Shown here: in pieces, positions 37,177-50,250 of the stretch
How the letters are laid out: each line of letters opens with the position of its first letter
Position numbering within the stretch: position 1 is the first letter of the stretch
Assembly (NCBI RefSeq): GCF_018350175.1
Contig: NC_058368.1
Coordinates: 169,696,001 to 169,760,000, forward strand
Length of the DNA stretch: 64,000 nucleotides
Reading direction: 5' to 3'
Source of the DNA: Felis catus
Lineage: Eukaryota
Notes under the pieces: model-generated
Database searches by the model: none
What the model was told of the DNA's origin: nothing
The model's input: the letters and a program-made list of their open reading frames with translations, nothing else
Made by a program: the position numbers and the translations under genes

Positions 37177-39929
37177 AGAATCATTTAGGGACTATAATCC
37201 TACCAGAATATGAAAAATCATATTTTCCTGTTTGTCTCTTAATTTGTGATCGAATTATGGACAATGTTATGTCAATTAACGTATAGTTTATTTTTCTCTC
37301 CGTTTAAAAAGTTTGACGGGCAAGTAAGCTACTTTTAGATTCCTTTGAGAATTATTTTAAATCTTCTAGAGCATATCCAGAAGAGCTTTTATTTATAAGG
37401 GCCACTTTAGTCCTACTTTTTAGGAGTGACACATCTGGGATCTCTACTGAAAGCTGGGTGGTCTCTTACTCTAAATGCCATAATTCAAATATCTCCCAGA
37501 TCTGGGACTTGAGAATCGTTGTACTTACTGCTTCCTCACTGGCCATTGTTCCTTACCTAACCTTTATTTACCCATCAGAAGTCTCACTCAATGCATGCAC
37601 ATCTTGATATGCCGCCAAAGCCCCAAGAAGACCCCTGTGCACATGTCTAGAGATCATTCTATGCATGGCTTTCTCTTCTGCCCCACACTTCTCCATTGCA
37701 TCAGCCTCCACACCTCACTCTGTTTCCTCATCTCAGACTACCACGGTTGCTGGGGTTTTGTCTCCCAGCACCACGGTTTGAAAAGTGCCTCCAGGTAGAA
37801 AGCTAGGGATCTTGTGAGGCTTAGATCATTTTGTGTCTCTTCTTTTGGATCACAGACTGAGGCTATCTGTTGTTCAATATCTGTATATAATTGCTTCATA
37901 ATATTTTAAGTTTTCTAGTTGCTTATGGAAAGAGGCAAGTTTGATGCCAGTTTTTGTCATAGATGGAAGCAGAAGTGTTAGCCAGTATAATTAAAAGTTA
38001 AGAATTTATTTTTCCTTTACTGGGGGAGGAGAATTATGTTATATTCTCCCAGGATACTTAGAGTACAAAATATATTCTAAATATGATACAAAAATGTATC
38101 AACTCTAATAAAATACATAGGTCAGACTCCTTAACAATGATTTCCTGCCTCTAAATCTTAAAGGATGCATGAAAAGAATTCTTTTTCTAGTGCATGATTT
38201 TCAGACTTTTTTTTAAACAGAAGGCCAATTGTTAGCAATAGAATGGGTATCGACTGAACTAAGTATTTCCCTGAGCAAACTATCAAAGAATTGACAAAAC
38301 TAGAACCATGTTAAAAATATACATGTACAGCCCAGAGAACAGATGGAATAAATAACAGAGGAATTTAGAAATAATTTTTAAAATCCTTAGTGAATGTTTT
38401 TCTCATGCTTCAGAATTGCCAATCATACTCTCTAAATCACAGTAATATTGAACTTAAAATAAAATCTGGTTTGCATATCTTTTCTATCTGATATGACACA
38501 CTGTAGTTAACATGCCATTTGCAAAAACAAACATACTATTAAATAAATTGAATTAGTCATCCAGATAGCATTTACCTATTTCCTGAAACACTGAAGGAGA
38601 GAAAGAGGAGATGGAAATGTAAAACGATAGCCTGGCTCTTTCTGGGTCACTGTCGCCCCGTACCACACTATTATTACTGCTAACTCCTCAGCTGTATCAG
38701 TTAGAAGAATGTCAGTGTTAACTCGCAGGACTTTGTCAACAATGTGTTCTTATTTAGTTGACTTTAGGACTATTGGATATTGTCCTCTTTTTAATATTTT
38801 TTCTAGCCGCCTGCCAAGGGCTTCTCATACAGATGCTAAGGGCTGAAGAACCCTATTAAATTGACAACATGTTAGCTGTTGAAGTGATGATGGGCTTATG
38901 GGGCTAGGTTCCTATTTTCCTCGGTATCATACTTTTGGTCTTCCCCTCTCCCTTTTGCGTCTCCCCTCTGGCGGCAGATTTAAGGGCTTTGCTTTCTCCA
39001 CCAAAGCCTGTTTATCCCCTTGGCTTCATACCCTTTCACTGCATAACTCCAGTCCTCTTTCTCTCCATTTATCTCTGATGACACTTCCTGTTCTTTCACC
39101 TCTTCCTCTTCCCTTTAGTCATTCTGAACCTAGAATTTGCTTCGCCATGAACTCCAGCTTTGCCATGAACTCCTTGTCTCTCCTCAGGGACGAGCACCCT
39201 TTCAGCACCCTGTGTATGGACTCATCCTTTGTACGGACTCATGTCCTATAGCCGTTTGCAGACACATTTGCCAGAACCTTCAGAACCCTCGTTCCTCACT
39301 GGATCGAATTTCGGTGCACGGTCTTGTTTCTTTGTGTCTGATTTGTCTTTTGAGTATTGCTGAGGAAAGTCTCTACTGACACTCATGCTCTCTAGTTGTA
39401 AACTGGGTTCTTACAGCTTTTTGGGAAACCACTTTTTCATCTCATTTGGCAACTACATTCAGATACTGACCCTGCTTACTGATGTCCTTATTCCTAGAAA
39501 ATGACTTATCTCTCACTTTAAAGATACCAGATGAATGAACATAAATTCCCTCAACTTTCCTTTTTCTCTGTCATTTCTCTGTATTTTTTTTCCTCCCCCC
39601 TTTCTCTGCATTTCTGAGAATTATGGTCCTTCTCATTTCTAGGGATAGATCCTCCATATAATGCTTAAGTCCTTACAGTCTTTAGAACCCCCTCTTTTAA
39701 TCCTGCTACCATCTCAAAACCATACTTACTGTGTTATCTCTGCATCTTGAAAGCATAGTACATATATACTTACTATGTTTACTTCTTTATTTCTTCCTTA
39801 ACCTCTTGATCCTTTGGTTACTTGCTGGGTCTCAGTCAGCATATAATTACCCATGATTGTTATTTGGTATCATTGCTGCTATTCATTTTCTCTTTCTCTC
39901 TCCTACTTTTTTCAGCGCCTGAATCTTCC

Positions 39930-40020
39930 CTGACTTCATGAAGGAATCAGTGATGGCCAAGAGGAACACTAGCAGAGTAGCCAGGACAAGCGGGCGATGA
40001 AACGGGCTGATTGTATTCAT
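39930..40020 (-). pseudogene. Candidate first coding pseudo-exon encoding a signal peptide
   Basis: ATG with purine at -3, then MNTISPFHRPLVLATLLVFLLAITDSFMKS (hydrophobic core). Followed by CAG|GGAAGA, a near-consensus phase-1 donor with GT>GG. The phase matches the 25124 exon. Confidence 0.4.
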
Positions 40021-42477
40021 GACTGTGGTCGTGACTGAGAGCTGCAGGCTCATATGTTGCCTGGAAGACCACCTGCTAAGGTAAATGTCAAATCTGAGGA
40101 TGTAAAGGAAGGACCATAACTGGAGTTACAGAGCCAATAATTTAGAGCTGGGAAGACTATCACAGAAAAACCAACTGGAATTGGGCAGGGAATGTGGAGT
40201 TGGGGGAGATTGTTCTGAGTGACAGCTTGCACGTTGGCTGGTGTTTGAGGATTGCCCTTGTGAGCTGGCAGGGGTAAGATGCCGGGCAGGCCAGTCTGGT
40301 TTTAAGGTTATAGATGGATCTGCCATGTGGCTTTTCCGAGAAACTGTCCTGGGCAGGGTAGGGATGGTCTTTCCTTCTGTTTTCCCAGTGGAACTCCTTG
40401 ATGTGGTCTAGTGCATTTTAAAAATAAGACTCGTTCCCAAATAAGTCCTTTAGCCCCTGAGGTTTCAGTTGCTCCAAGCATTAATGCTACAGTGAATCAA
40501 AAATTACTATCACCGCCTGATCTGGGTCCCTACTTCTGGTTGAATGAGCTGAATGTGGGTCTCTATATATTTTTAAAAGACAACAGGAAAGGCTGAGATC
40601 AGGTTAAGGGTGAGTTGCAGACAGTTTGTGATGGATATTACACCACGCTCAGAGGGCTCTTTCCATTAGCAGCTCAGTTGAAGATGCTGTGTGCTTCAAG
40701 AAGACTCACCAGGGGAGGTTCTCATCCATTCCTCATCTGGGCAATGGTGGGAGAACTGGAGAGATTGGATTAGATGGCTAATTGGGCTCAGTGTGAGGTT
40801 TTATTCTGCAGCACTTACTTCCGTTCTTGGTTTCTCCAGTGGAGTTGGGGCCCCGATTCACTAAATTACAAGGATCTATAAAGTCTAGCCTCTACCTCAT
40901 TGGCAGGAAGTAGCATTCACTGATTGAGAGTGTTCAGTGGAACCTGATTGCTCCAGCCTTTACCTGTGGGCAGCATTTAAATATGAGTGGTGTGTGTGTG
41001 TGTGTTTGTTTATTTCATGATTTTTTTCAACTTTTTGCAAGCATTTTCTGTATTAACGTGCTCTTTTGTAGCAGTAGCCATGATTTCCTCTTTCAAGTGA
41101 AGATTTATAGTAGGTCTGACAACACTGACTTTGGTGTTCCATTGGTCATTCTGGACATGGGTTTTGTGTGCATGAGTGTGATTAGATCAGAGGTAAAGAA
41201 AATAACATTACTTTCTGGTTAAGCACACAGGTGAACCTCCGTGTTTGGATTTCCTGTCTTCGTGTCAATTTCTTTGCTTAGTAAATACTCTTGTCCTCCC
41301 TTACATTACTCAACCACATGAGATAGCTAAATGGCTGTTTTGTTGCCCAGGACTCTCCTGTGGTCCCCCTGGATTATTTTACATACTTGGATTAATTTCA
41401 GTCATTGCTGGTAATGCTACAGGTTCACATCTTCCCTTACCGTTCCCTTGCATTAATTTGATTACCCAAGGTGGCTTTATTGAGAGTACTATATATAATA
41501 AGGTATATTATTAGCAGTAGTTTTTAAAATCATTTGCAAGCAAATTGCTATGTCACTGCCCCGTAATAATGTTGACTAGTTCTATTCTTTGCAGAGTCCT
41601 TTTTATTTCTTCAGAAATAAGTCATACTTTTAAGAACTTTGGCTCTAAACTAAAATATGAGCCAGTAGGCATCATAATAACCCCCTCCAGGGTACTAACA
41701 TTATTCCCATCATAAAGGGCCTGTCAGTTAATAGGCATAAGAAAAGGACCCATTCCTCATCCCAGAGCTGTGCTCCATTCTTTTCATTTTAAGTCTTTCC
41801 CTGTGTTTATGAGAACTGAAGCTTGTGTTTGAACTTGGAAGGACATTTCTGAGGACATTTTCTGTGCTCCCTAATCCCTGCATGAGCTGCCCGTGTCAGC
41901 CTTGCTGTCCTGACTCTTGGTTTATTGCTTTCATTTGTCTACTCTTGCTCTCTCAGTCCCTTTAAAACATCTAAATCCTTTAAATCACACAGTTCTGCTC
42001 CCTCTCTCCTTTCCATGTGATAGTATCAGAAAACTCAAAGTGGAAATATGTTCCTTTCCAGGACAGTCTTTGGGTATCAGCACAGCAGGGTTTGCAGTCA
42101 TGATAATGTGTAAAGTTGGGATGAGTTAGATTAAATTTCCTTTACTCCTGCTGTTTGAGCTGACTCTTCAAGAACCATTGTGGGCAGAAGGGGGAGTAAC
42201 CTCCTTCCCTGGATCAGGAGCCCATGTCAGGCAAGTGTTCAGCTTTGGGCAGTACAAACCAAGAGAATTTTAATTTGCCTCAAGATGGGTACCACCTTGT
42301 GCCTAGTGGGAAATTGCATTTTGACACTTTTGTAATGATCAGATCCTGCCTTGAGTTGGTTTCTAATGATAGGTTCCATTTATTGAACTTCTATGATCCA
42401 AGTCTATATAAATGTGCTTTATATATATATAGCAGTTGTGAATTTTAGTCTGTAATTCAAATGTGCCCCTTTAAAAA

Positions 42478-42661
42478 AAAATGTTAATTTTTGAGAGTGA
42501 GAACAAGTGGGAGAGGGGCTGAGAGAGAGGGAGACAAAGGACTTGAAGCTGGCTCTGTGCTGATAGCAGAGAGCCCTGTGTGGAGCTTGAACTCATAAAC
42601 CTTGAGATCATGACCTGAGCTGAAGCAGGACACTTAACCAACTGAGCCACATAGGTGCCCC
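42478..42661 (-). mobile_element. Can-SINE
   Basis: gagatcatgacctgagctgaag...actgagccacataggtgcccc. Confidence 0.92.
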
Positions 42662-42664
42662 AGA

Positions 42665-43365
42665 ATTCACCCTTTTAAAGTGTATGATTCAGTGGTTTTT
42701 TAGTATTTTCACTAAAGTTGTGCAATCAACACCATTATCTAATCCCAGAAAATTGTCATCACCCCAAAAAGAAACCCTTTTCCCCTTCTCCTCAGACCTT
42801 GACATCCACTAATCTACTTTCTCTATGGATTTGACTATTTTAGACATTTCATACAAATTGATCGTACAAAAAACCCCACAAAAACCAAAAAACAAATTGA
42901 TTATGCAATATATGAACTTTTGTGTCTGGCTTTCTTCACTTAGCATAACGTTCATTCACGTTGTAGCAAAAATCAGTGTTGCATTCCTTTTTATGGCAAA
43001 ATAATATTCCATTGTATGGATATATCACATGTTGTTTACCCATTTATCACTTGATGGACATTTGGATTCTTTCCCCATTTTGTCTGTGATGTCAATTGCT
43101 GCTGTGAAAATCTGTGTACAAGTTTTTGAACATTCACGTGCATATGTTTTCGTTTCTCTTGGGTGAAATGGAATTTCTGGGCCATATGGTAACTACGTTT
43201 AACTTTTCAAGGAACTGCCAAGCTGTTTTTCACAGCAGCTGCATCATTTACATTTCCATCAGCAATATATGAGGGTTCCAATTTGTCCACATCCTCATCA
43301 ACACATCATTATCTATCTTTTTTATCATAGCCATCCTAGTGGGTGTGAAGAGGTGTCTCATTGTA
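42665..43365 (-). mobile_element. L1MA/MB-type 3' end
   Basis: ttcacccttttaaagtgta...tgtctggctttcttcacttagcataa...cattccatcagcaatatatgagggttcca. Confidence 0.9.
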
Positions 43366-44049
43366 GTCATGCCCCATCTTACTGTCTACAAGTCAACTTA
43401 GTTTCTCTTGTAAGCTCCCATCTTGCCAGTCTTAAGCTCAGTGATTTTCAGTATTTGCTATCTGAGGTCACCTCAAGATCCTGGGAGACTTACACAGTGC
43501 CTAGATATTGGCAGGTGATGAATTAAGCTGTCTGGTCGCTGAATCACCCACTCAGATACCTTCTAAATCATCCAGCGGTTTGGTCCGCATGGCCAGTATG
43601 TGTACATAGTCATCTCTGCCCCTTCTAGAACACACAGACTTTTGTGTAAGGCAGCTGAAGGTTCCATCCACAAAGGGGCATTATGGAGCCATGTGTGGAT
43701 TTGTTTCACTCTGAGTGTGGTGAGGCCTGAGTCCACATTCCCCCCTCTACCCTAGAATCTCCCTTATTCTCTTTTAATCCCAAAGGAATCTGGCCTGAGG
43801 GAAGTTTTTTTCCCTTCATGTTTATCCTACCAAAAAAAATCTTGCTTTCCCCCACCCTCAACTCTGGGCACTAAGGCTGTACAAACAAAATCCATAAAGG
43901 CAAGTGATACACAAGCAATAAGCAAACAAACAAACAAAATTTCTGCCATGCTATATATTTTTCTTAGAGAATAAACATAGAGCCCGCTTCCTGCTTTTTT
44001 GGAGGAAAAATAAATCAGTTTAGGGTAGAATAGTCCTTCATCTGGCTTC

Positions 44050-44281
44050 TTTTATTTATTTATTTAAAAAAAATTTTTTTAACGTTTATTTATTTTTGAG
44101 ACACAGAGAGACAGCGCATGAACGGGGAAGGGTCAGAGAGAGGGAGACACAGAATCTGAAACAGGTTCCAGGCTCCGAGCTGTCAGCACAGAGCCCGACG
44201 CGGGGCTCGAACTCACGGACCGCGAGATCATGACCTGAGCCGAAGTCGGCCGCCCAATTGACTGAGCCACCCAGGCGCCCC
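44050..44281 (-). mobile_element. Young Can-SINE
   Basis: Full-length, CpG-rich. Confidence 0.97.
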
Positions 44282-45454
44282 TCATTTGCCTTCTTTTAAA
44301 TGCTACTATGCAGGCAGCTTCCTAAGCCCTAGAAAGAGGTGGGTAGATGACTAAAGTTGCTGTCTCAAATGTTATCCAATCACTTACACAATTTCTAATT
44401 GAATTCTAACAACCTTAGGAGTAGAGATTATCGTCCTATTTGGAGATGGGGAAATCGAGGGTCTGAGAGACTAAGTAGCATATTAGGTGGATAGTAAATA
44501 TTGGTGTAATGAATTGAATTTACACACGGTTAGACAGTAGACAAGCGACAGAACTGGGTATCACACTCAAAAACTCAAGCTCTCCCCTCAGCCTCACTAT
44601 TTAAAATTTGAACTTATTTAAAAGCTTGGCTCCAGATGACTTCTTGCAGTCTGATAATGAATTTTGTCTGAATTCCCCAGACAGTAGTCATATTCCTTGT
44701 TTTTTGAACTGAAAACAAAGATGATGAGTTGTACTATAGACAATGAATCTGAGGCTTCTCGTGTGCCACACCAAGTCAGGAAAAGTGTAACCGGGCATGC
44801 GTGTAAAAGCCATGGAATCTGGATTTTTGTTGTTGTTGTTGCTGTTATCGTTGTTGTTGTTTTTATCTCCTAAGAACAAAGTTTGCCACGGTGACTGGAT
44901 TTGGAGAAGGCTGAATTGAACCCAGTGTGGAAGGGATTGAGTGTGTCAGAGGCACCGTTATCCATTTGAGGGGAATATCCAGTCCAGGTCACTGGAATTT
45001 GGGATGTTAGTGTTTTCCTGAGACATTTTCCTGTTGCCCTTGTCCAATGGCTGTGACCAGTGAGCTGTGTCCCACTGCACTTGGCTCAGAAACCATACCC
45101 TGTCCTCAGCATTTCCCTTACCCAGAGGGAGGTCAGGTATTATTGGCAAGCAGGTGAATTTGCCTTTTGTGGATGATGCCTTTTCTTTCAACGCTTTTAT
45201 TCCATGCAGTTCCACAGGCTCTCCTCTGCCTGTATTTCTCCTTGATCAAAATGTGCTCCTCAAAATGCTATCATCAGTGATTCACACTTTCCATCCATTC
45301 ATCTAAATTTACCAGGATTGTGTTTCTATTTTGAGCGGCTTTATCTTGAATCAGCGAAACAAGACTTTGACTTATTAACAAAATTTTAACTTGAGTGGGG
45401 CAGACTACTTTGAGGTTTGATTTTCTAAAAGTGGGGCTTTTGTTGGGGGTGACA

Positions 45455-45680
45455 ATAAATGCTAGTATTTAGCGAAGACTTAATTCCAGACCAGGTGAGA
45501 ACTAATGCTTTACATGTCTTACCTCATTTAATAAATTTAAGAACAGCCCTTGGATGTAGGTATTGCTGTCATGCTATTTCATGGATGAGGATATGGAGGC
45601 TTAGCAATATTAAGTGGCTTTTCCCAGATTACTTGGTTAGTACTGATGGGGCTAGACATTTGATGTGAGAATTTGTCTCC
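45455..45680 (-). mobile_element. MIR SINE
   Basis: aatgctttacatg...acctcatttaat...gatgagga...gaggcttag. Confidence 0.7.
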
Positions 45681-45797
45681 AAATATTCTCTCTAGTTGGC
45701 TGTTGACCCCTATCGTGCTTGCTTTTGAGATCTCAAAGATCGGTCAGAATACTGTACCTGGAAATTAATGAATTCCCAGTAAAGACAGGCAGCAACT

Positions 45798-46000
45798 GGG
45801 GCGCCTGGGTGGCTCAGTCGGTTAAGCGTCCGACTTCGGCTCAGGTCATGTTCTCGCGGTCCGTGAGTTCAAGCCCTGCGTTGGGCTCTGTGCTGACCGC
45901 CTGGAGCCTGTTTCAGATTCTGTGTCTCCCTCTCTCTCTGACCCTCCCCCGTTCATGCTCTGTTTCTCTCTGTCTCAAAAATAAACATTAAAAAAAAAAA
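45798..46000 (+). mobile_element. Can-SINE
   Basis: TSD aggcagcaactg. Confidence 0.97.
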
Positions 46001-46055
46001 AGGCAGCAACTGTGGGTCAGGTAGAAGAGGTGTGGAATATTATTTAAAAGAGGTT

Positions 46056-46270
46056 GGGGGGCACCTGGCTGGCTCAGTCGGTTAAGCGTCTTACTTTGGC
46101 TCAGGTCATAATATCACGGTTTGTGGGTTTGAGTCCCACATCGGGCTCTGTGCTGACAGCTCAGAGCCTGGAGCCTGCTTCGGACTCTGTCTCCTTCTCT
46201 CTCTGCTCCTCCCCCACTCACGCGTGCTCTCGCTCTCTCAAAAATAAATAAACATTAAAAAACATTTTTT
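46056..46270 (+). mobile_element. Can-SINE
   Basis: TSD aaagaggtt. Confidence 0.96.
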
Positions 46271-46291
46271 AAAGAGGTTACATAAGTATTT

Positions 46292-46620
46292 ATCATGGAC
46301 TGAATGTTTGTGGACCCTCCCATTCACACGTTGAACCCCTAACCCCAAAAGTGATAGTATTAGGAGGTAGGGCTTTTGAGAAGTGATTAAGTCAGATGAG
46401 GTCATGAGGGTGGAGCCCCCATGATAGGATTAGTGCCCTGAGAAGAAGAGGAAGACACCAGAGTTCTCTGTCTTCTCCCTGCCAGGATACAGGAAGAAGA
46501 CCTCTGTCTGTAAGCCCTCACTAAGAACGGATTCTGCCAGCATCTTGATCTTTGACTTGCCAGCATCCAGAGCCGTGAGAAATAAATTCCTGTCATTTAA
46601 GCCATTCAGTCTGCAGCCTT
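46292..46620 (+). mobile_element. MLT1A-type MaLR LTR
   Basis: atggactgaatgtttgtg...catgagggtggagccccc...gagaaataaattcctg. Confidence 0.88.
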
Positions 46621-47536
46621 TGGCCGACTCAGCCAGTGCCCTGTCCTAAAATATCACCAGCCCCAAACTCTTATCTTCCCAAGGAATCATTTAAGATTAT
46701 ATCGTGGGGGGCCAGAAGCCTTTGGATTCCGTGAGTTCAGGTCCCTGTGTGTCTGTATTAGAGACCATCATGCCTGTAGCCACTGCCAGCCAGCTAGCTG
46801 CCATTTTATCTGGGATTAATTTAATAAGAACCAGTGATGAAGAAACGGCACAGAGATAGACTCGCCTTCTGAGGGAACAGGAGGTAGAGGGTTAAGGGAG
46901 CGCAGGAACCAGGGTGAAGTGCTCCATACAGGAGGCTGCTCTCTGCCCTACTGACTTGTCTATTGACACAGCTGCAAGGGTAGTCTGAGGTCTGACAGAA
47001 ATAGGAACATTGTATATACGTGTCAGGGAGAAGGGTCCCCTGCCTTGCAGTGATGAGAGTAGAATCTGTCATTAGTGCTGTGGTTTATGTCTAAGCAGAG
47101 AGGTAATTTGCGCAAAGGCAATGTGATTATATATTATTGTATTGTCAAGCTTTCCTTGTTTGGGCTTCTTTTCATTCCATAAACAGACTCATTTCTTCTC
47201 AATCCTACAGAAAACTCCTTTGTAAGCTATAGATTTATCTCCCTTTTCTGTAATATCTCCCCAATTTCTTCTTTGACTCCTCATCCCTTTATAATTGAGC
47301 TTCTGCCTTCACTCTGCTAACGTGGACTTCACTGAGAATATTGAGAACAAAGCACAACCAAACTCCCAACAGTTAAGTCCAAAGGACATTTTTCCACCTC
47401 ATGCCACCACAACACCATCTGCGGCATTTTGTTCTGTGGATTGTAACCTCTTTCTTGAAATTCTGTTCTACCTCATATGCTGTTGTACTTTCTTCATTGT
47501 CTTTGGTTAAATATATTCATATGTTGGTTCATTCTA

Positions 47537-47956
47537 GTATATTAATTTCCTAGGGCCGCTGTTATAAAGCACCCCAACTGGGTGGCTTAAACAACAGAAA
47601 CTTATTATCTCACAATTCTGGAGGCTGGAAGTCTTAAATCAAGATGCTCCTAGGATTGGCTCCTTCTGAGGTTCATGAGAGAAGGATCATTCCAGACTTG
47701 TCTCCTTGGCTTGTAGATAACCATTTTTTTTCCTTGTGAATCTTCACATTGTCTTCTTTCTATGCATGTCTGCCTCTGTGTTTAAATTTCTCCTTTAGAT
47801 GGTAGTGGTCATATTGGATTAGGGTCCACCCTAACAACCACGTTTAACTTGATTACCTCTATAAAGACCTGGTCTCCAAATAAGGTCATATCCTAAGGTA
47901 CTGGCAGGACTACAGCGAATCTTTTCTGGGAGGGGACGCAATTCAACCCATAACAT
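47537..47956 (-). mobile_element. MLT1 MaLR LTR
   Basis: ttcctagggccgct...gggtggcttaaacaacagaaacttatt...aattcaacccataaca. Confidence 0.9.
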
Positions 47957-50004
47957 TCAACAAACTTGTCTTGGTTGAATGTAATTTGCCTGACATTGAG
48001 CTAGGAGCTGGGAGTTTGGATGTAAGATGACCCAGCACCTACCTTTTGAGGGACTCAGAGTCTGGTGTGAAGATAAGCCCAGACCTCAAATTATATCTAG
48101 GGCTTGACAGAAGTGAATTAACACAGCCGGCTGGCTGGCTCCACAGAGCAGCCCTGGAGATTTCCCAGAAGTAAAAGAACATATAGGGGCCTAAAGAATG
48201 AAAGCAAAGACTGAGAAACCCTTAGAAGAGAGAGTGTGATTCTGGCCTAAAGTATAGTAAACAGCGGACAAAGGCAGAAGGGCCAGGTACCACAGGGAGA
48301 GAGTCACATTGTGCCCCTTTCCCTCCATTGCACTGCCTGGAATGACTAATAGGCACTTTTTTTTCTCAGTATAGTGGGATAGGAAAACAGTCAAAAATAG
48401 CCCAGTTAGTAGGGTTAAGGGGATTGTGGGATAATCTCAATCTAGGAGAAGGGTGGGTTAGGAGTAGAAACAGATGCAAGCTGATTGGCCTATTTTCAGG
48501 CATTTTCTCCTTTTACCCTGTCATGCCTCACACCTGCAGGGTCTTACAACTAAAGGCTTAAAACTTTCAGAGAAGAGCAGTGTTTGGGGCCAAAGAATGG
48601 AGCAGTTTCCTCTTGCAGGATCACTCGATAGAAAGAAACCATTCAGGGGCCATCAAACCCAGACTGAACACATTACCAATCAAGATAGGCGATAGTGTCA
48701 GGGGAAGAAAAAGTCACAGGCCAAGTCATCAAATAGTGACAAGCATAACCAAGACAAAAGATAAATATTGAACATCCTATACAGAACCTGAATGAATGGA
48801 ACAGAGAGATCAAAAATCTAAAAGGCACATAATAATTATCTTTAAGGAGATAAGTGAAGGCACTGTAATATGAAGCAGGAACAAGCATGTCAGCTTATGG
48901 AGGGAACCTCAGTGTACATTATTATGGGAATGGAAAATTTAAATGTGCTAGGTCAAACTGTAGAATGCCATACCAAAGTGGGGAGCCACTAATTTGATGT
49001 AAAACATCAATGATTCTTATAAGAAAAAAAAAGAGCATTACGTGGCAAAAGTAGAAAATAAAAGGAGATTTTAACACAATATTTACCTAAACTAAAACTT
49101 TACATATTCCCAAAACAAGATTATACATTTTTTAAAGAACATTAGTATATATGAGAACTTACATCAAACACATCAAATAGCCTCCTGTGGGACAGTTGAT
49201 ACGAATGAGAATGGAGGTCTGAGAAAGAAGGTAAAAAAAATTTAAAAAGAGGGTAACTCAACTCTGTATCTTGAAATAAAACATATTTCTCCTGCCTCCT
49301 AACCAGAACTTCATTGTTTTCTGCCCTGCTTCCTTTTCCTCTCACCACTCCTTAAACGGTGATGTTCTGATCATTGGTAAGCAATTTGACCATACCTAGG
49401 ACATCAACAGTAGTCTATTCCTGATGAGTATGTCCAGCCTCCTCTTGTCTCCTCATTTCTAGTCTTATAATTTCAGCTACTGACTAGATCTTCCACCCTA
49501 AGTCGTTAAGTGCACTAAGCATAGCTCTAAGTTTCTGAATCTTCCAGAGAACATGGTCTATGGAAATGGCGACAAATGCTTGTTTTGGTTTCCTATCTTC
49601 TAAAGTTGACTGTGGCCTCATATGTGGTACCTGATGGCGAAATGGTACCAAGGAGAAGGAGGTGTAATACTGCCAGAGGTCAAACTATTTTAGGGTTTTT
49701 CTCACAGTTAGCTCTGGGATTTCCTACTGCCTCAGAAATGGGGTTAGGGGCTGAAACTGTAGGAATATCCCTTTGGGGCTTTCTACAGTTGTCCTTAGTG
49801 TTATCCCAGATCGTCTGAGGACTGGTTTGTTACAACAGGTTTGGCACAGTATGCTTGAAAACATACGTATGTAAACATTTGGAGTTGGGATAAACATCAT
49901 TTGGCATGGAATTTTGTGGTTATCAAACTCTATAGAGACTTATGGCTTCCTATGAAGCTAAGGGATGGGCTTCTAAGCTGCCTACCTCACTTCACTAGAG
50001 GTGC

Positions 50005-50250
50005 TTTGGTTGAGAGTGGAGTGATTGAGTACACAGACCCTGGAGCTTCATGCTATCCAGATATATGACTATGTGACCTTGAAAAAGATTCTTAACCTCC
50101 CTGTTCTTTAGTTTCATTTTCTGTAAAATGGAATTGATAACCAGGTTTACCTTATAGGGTTTTGTGAGGAGTAAGATGAGGGAAATACACTTGAACCATT
50201 TAGAACCAAAACTAATGCAGGGCATATGCTCAAGAAGGATTCTTGTTAGT
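50005..50250 (+). mobile_element. MIR SINE
   Basis: tgtgaccttg...cttaacctc...ctgtaaaatgg...cttatagggttttgtgagga. Confidence 0.85.

Larger units (their letters stand above)
27700..38000 (-). mobile_element. Cluster of ancient L1M fragments interrupted by SINEs, LTRs and DNA elements
   Basis: Long T-rich antisense L1-like tracts (e.g. 31130-31850, 32350-33100, 34100-36000, 37300-37970). Confidence 0.75.
200..40020 (-). pseudogene. Decayed multi-exon pseudogene of a MUC4-like NIDO/AMOP/VWD multi-module secreted protein (3' part probably continues left of the window)
   Basis: At least 8 separate repeat-free islands give minus-strand peptides matching successive parts of MUC4-type NIDO, AMOP and VWD domains in the expected order. 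Several have AG/GT boundaries. Multiple stops and frameshifts. Comparison by eye. Confidence 0.7.

Noticed and set aside
200..40020. Identification as MUC4 or SUSD2 itself
   Set aside because: No mucin tandem-repeat exon, repeated modules, different exon sizes and pervasive decay.
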